From assembly GCF_963853765.1 (NCBI RefSeq), contig NC_088858.1:3658001-3722000 (forward strand): a DNA stretch of 64,000 nucleotides, in the 5' to 3' direction. Each line of letters begins with the position of its first letter. The stretch's first letter is position 1. This document shows, piece by piece, positions 60,401-64,000 of this stretch. The notes beneath the pieces were generated by a model. That model was not told the origin of the DNA. It saw only the letters and a program-made list of their open reading frames with translations, and did not search any database. The stretch is from Magallana gigas (lineage: Eukaryota). A program made the translations under genes and the position numbers.

Positions 60401-63400
60401 GTGCGTTGCTAATGCTAAGGGTAATAAAACGGATTATGAACTGCATCTTAACCAATCAGATTTCAGTATTTAACATGAAAGTATAACAATACTTAATGAC
60501 ATACTTATGTTTTAACTCCTTGACTTTCGTCAGATTAGAACCTTTGTACTATAATTTGTGACCTTACCTTCATTACATAAAGGGTGTATTTGTTTGTTTT
60601 AAGGTTTATTCCTGATGATATGGAGTTCACAGAGGAGCCCCGGTCAGTGTGCCTGGAGATGCCAGCAGCCTACGACCCCACACTGTTTGTGTCCTCTGCC
60701 TTGGCTCAGTCAAAGGTCAGTTTTAAAGGTTAAAGTTTATAAACTAAAAGTTTATATGTATCACTGAACTTAAAAATTATTCGGTTATATGTAGTTAGGT
60801 ATATTAGTAGTGAATACTGAATTGAGTATAGTCCACTAATGCATTTTCCGTAGGTGGTAATGTTAACTTTAGGGTTCATATCTCTGGCCCTAATTTTCAT
60901 TCGGCAACGAGGGATCTCTTGAACAAAAGCTCATCAACTATTCTCTCCTGTTAAAATTTTGTGATGTGAAGTTAGATTCCTCTTCCGGCAGGTGCATCTG
61001 TTTTGAAAAACTCTGAAAATGAAAGTAAAAGTAGGGGATTTCACAGTTTTGGAAAAGGTGAAAAACAAGCAATTTCAATTCTTTCCTTCAAAAACTAATT
61101 TAATTTTGAAACTTGCTTTTATGTGTCAAGCATCCTGATTTAAAATGTTCCAATTAATGTCTAGATACACTCTGCAAGTATAGGAACTATTTTGCTTAAA
61201 GGCACTACTATGTTGTCCTACTGATTCTAAGAAAAGTTAAAGGGATATACCCAATTAATACATTATTTATGTAATCAAAAATCCCTTTTGATAAAACAGG
61301 TTAATTTAACTTGGGATGAAACAGACCATGACCGAATCAAAGTGACCATGAGAAACCTGTCTCAAAGTGGAAAGAAGACAGATGATGTCAACGAGGAGGA
61401 CTTCAAGGCATTCCTTGCATCTAGCTCCGAGGAAGAGGCAGACGATGGTACTGTTACCGACTTCCTCTTCACAGATTGTAGTGATTTACTGATAGATATG
61501 GAAAGGGAATCTTTATAATACTTAGTAGTTTAATATCTTAATATCATCACTAACTTAAACATTTGTGTCTGAAATGGATAAAAAAATTATTATCGGTACA
61601 TGAATATGAAACATAACATTTAATTTGCACTTGACCCAGGAAATCTATTTTTTGACCACCATGAAAGAAATCCTATTACATGTGTATAAAGGTGCTGCAT
61701 TGTTTACCCAACTTAATTAATGCAATTATGTATTACAGATGATGACAAGCCATTAGTTGGTGTAGACAACAATGAAGATGATGACGAAGATGACAATGAA
61801 GAGAACCAGATTCAGAAATACCGCAGTCTGCTTCAGTCATTGGATGATGACAAAACTAGAAAGAAGAAGAAAGAGGTGGAAATGGAAGTGACTTGGGAAC
61901 CCGGTGAGTAGAGCTTCTTAAACTCATGTTCATGAAGCTGAACATGGTAGTTTTGTGACCTTTTGCTTGTATACTGACATACCGTAATGTGTAGTGTATA
62001 ATACGCACTCGTGTATAATATGCACCCCCCAAAATTGACCAAAAAATGGCGAAAAAACAGCAGGACCTATGTATAACACGCACCCAAAAAATGGCAAAAT
62101 CAACGGCTGCCATTTCCCCCCAAAATATCCATGTTTCATGATAATTTTATAACCCATGTGCAATTTCTTTAATTTTGTGATCGGAACATAGCACAGACAT
62201 TGAAAATCGACGGCTGCCATTTTCACAAATAACTATTGATGTTTAATGATAATTTAATGGTAATTACTGTAATTTTGTGATCGGAACATGGCCCAAGCGA
62301 TCTTAGAGTCAAAGTTCTTACAATTTTACTTAAAAAGGACGGCATGATTTATAGGGGCAGTATCAAAAATCATTTGACACTTCGTAAAGAGTTTCTTACA
62401 CAACTTCAGAGAAGTTGAAGATCATCATACGTAGAGAAGAACAACAACCGAGCTTCATGCTTAAAAGTAATAATGTTTGCTGATATAAACCAAAACAACA
62501 TCAAAAGAAATGATTAAATTGATTAATTATAGTCAAACGTTTTGATTGTTGTTGAAAGAAACATTGTGAAGAAAAGTATGTATGTCGTATATCGTCATTA
62601 TCAAGTCGTACAAATGATCGATGTATTTTTAGCAGTGTCTATGTAAAGCAATAACATTGAACTGCATAACTGGACACAAAGTAATTAAGTTTAATAAAAT
62701 CAGAATAATTGCTTATCTACATGCACTTGAAAACACCCTTTGAATTCCGACACGAGACAGGTGCATGCTTCTGACACCGGAAATTGTTAAACAAACATTG
62801 ACCACGTGCCTAGTCAACAGGTGACTGCTTACGTAATGGCAAATACACTGGAGATATTTAAACTCGTTTGATGCAAGAAATAGTGTTAAAGGGGCATGGT
62901 CACGATTTTGGTCAAATTCTATTTTCATGTTTTTATTATTTACAATACTTTAGAAATGCATTTCTAATAATCAAATAAAATTTGAGAGTCATTTGTAGAG
63001 TTATAAGCAAGATACAGGGCTAACAATTCTTTGTAATGTAAACAAGGCTTGTGCCCTGTTTTTGTTACATAGGTTCAAAATACCAGTAAAAAATCTTTTT
63101 CCAGCTTACTTGTCTATCTTTTTATTTATTTTAAGCATAGATAAACAGTTCCTAACGTTTTTCACATTCGTTTAAAGTTTAAAACTGAAATTTTTACTTC
63201 AACGTTCAAAATGTAGACAAACGCCTTGTTTACATAGTGAAGAATTTCAAGCTCTTTAACTCGCATATAACTCAACAAATGACACTCAAATTTCAGTTGC
63301 TTATTAAAAATGCCTTTCTGAAGCATTGTAAATATTAAAATTGGAAAAATAATTTTTGACCAAAGTCATGACCATGCCCCTTTAAGAGAGGATAAATATT

Positions 63401-63787
63401 TCAATACATGGAAAAAAAACCCTAAGAATAAGGTTTTTTGATGCAGTAAATTTATTATGTATACACTCATACAACTTGGATAACACGATATATATTGGCA
63501 GTCACTACTCCCATGGTATCAAGAATCACGGCTTGAAAAAATGGGGTAAAATTTTTGTCCTATGTACAACACACACCCCCCACTTTTGATCAAATTTTGG
63601 CTGAAAAAAAGTGAGTGTTATACACGCGACATTACCGTAGTTTATCTTTTTGACAGGGTTAAGAGAAACTACTGAAAAAATACTGAAAAAGAAGGAAAAA
63701 ACTAAGGACCAAACACCATGGCAACAGTACCTGATGAAGAAGAAGGAGAAACGACAGAAGAAGAAAGAGGAGAGGATGAACAAGAAG
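57450..63787 (+). CDS. ESF1: ESF1 nucleolar pre-rRNA processing protein; continues beyond the window end
   Basis: Exons: 57450-58004, 58234-58372, 58821-58919, 59158-59327, 59591-59732, 59853-60012, 60604-60715, 61300-61447, 61739-61903, 63657-63787, with consistent phases. Motifs include [49 protein letters not shown] and EVTWEPGL. Confidence 0.95.
60132..60490 (+). mobile_element. Hairpin-headed element copy inside an ESF1 intron
   Basis: Near-identical to 20522-20895. Confidence 0.85.
61982..63637. mobile_element. TA-flanked Tc1/mariner-pogo-like non-autonomous element in an ESF1 intron
   Basis: Imperfect TIRs CCGTAATGT..GTGTATAA / TTATACAC..ACATTACCG, with TA on both sides. Confidence 0.65.
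62890..63381. mobile_element. TTAA-flanked Kolobok-like MITE, same family as 1199-1691, nested in a TA-flanked element
   Basis: Same TIRs; TTAA at 62886-62889 and 63382-63385; the interior matches the reverse complement of 1199-1691. Confidence 0.85.
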
Positions 63788-64000
63788 GTAGCCACACTAT
63801 TAACAGTCAAACTCTATTAATTCAATTAAAGCCCGGCTAATGTAGAAAAATAGAAGAGAGTATGCCACGTTGATTTCTCTAAAGCTTTTCATCTCTTAAA
63901 TCAATCAGCTTGTCAATTTTTTCTTTGTCTTTTTTCCCCTGTCCTCGAGAAGAAAATTAGTATTATTTTAGATTAAATATATCTTGATGTTAAGATCTGA

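Overview
AT-rich eukaryotic (spliceosomal, GT-AG) genomic DNA. The gene and repeat content point to a bivalve mollusc, most likely a Crassostrea/Magallana oyster; this is inferred from a Helitron-N2/Cg170-like satellite element, not from a database search. I could assemble eight protein-coding loci by hand: (1) two tandem minus-strand rhodopsin-class GPCR paralogues with uninterrupted coding regions (<1-340, absent from the ORF track, and 7977-9350); (2) an intronless p24/TMED7-like gene; (3) a 2-exon small protein with a TEX49-like C-terminus; (4) a 17-exon classical calpain; (5) a 3-exon ATF3/Fos-like bZIP factor; (6) a 9-exon GCC1 golgin head-to-head with ESF1, which runs off the window end. 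Intergenic and intronic space holds a decayed PIF/Harbinger-type transposase, TA- and TTAA-flanked MITEs, long fold-back hairpin elements and minisatellites. The most striking pattern is that three separate exons (two in calpain, one in GCC1) have their 3' tail plus 5' splice donor amplified as tandem arrays. Two arrays keep the reading frame, and one of these falls at the position of the calpain-3 IS1 insertion. In addition, a MITE has inserted into the GT-A of another calpain donor and rebuilt a consensus GTAAGT at its far end.
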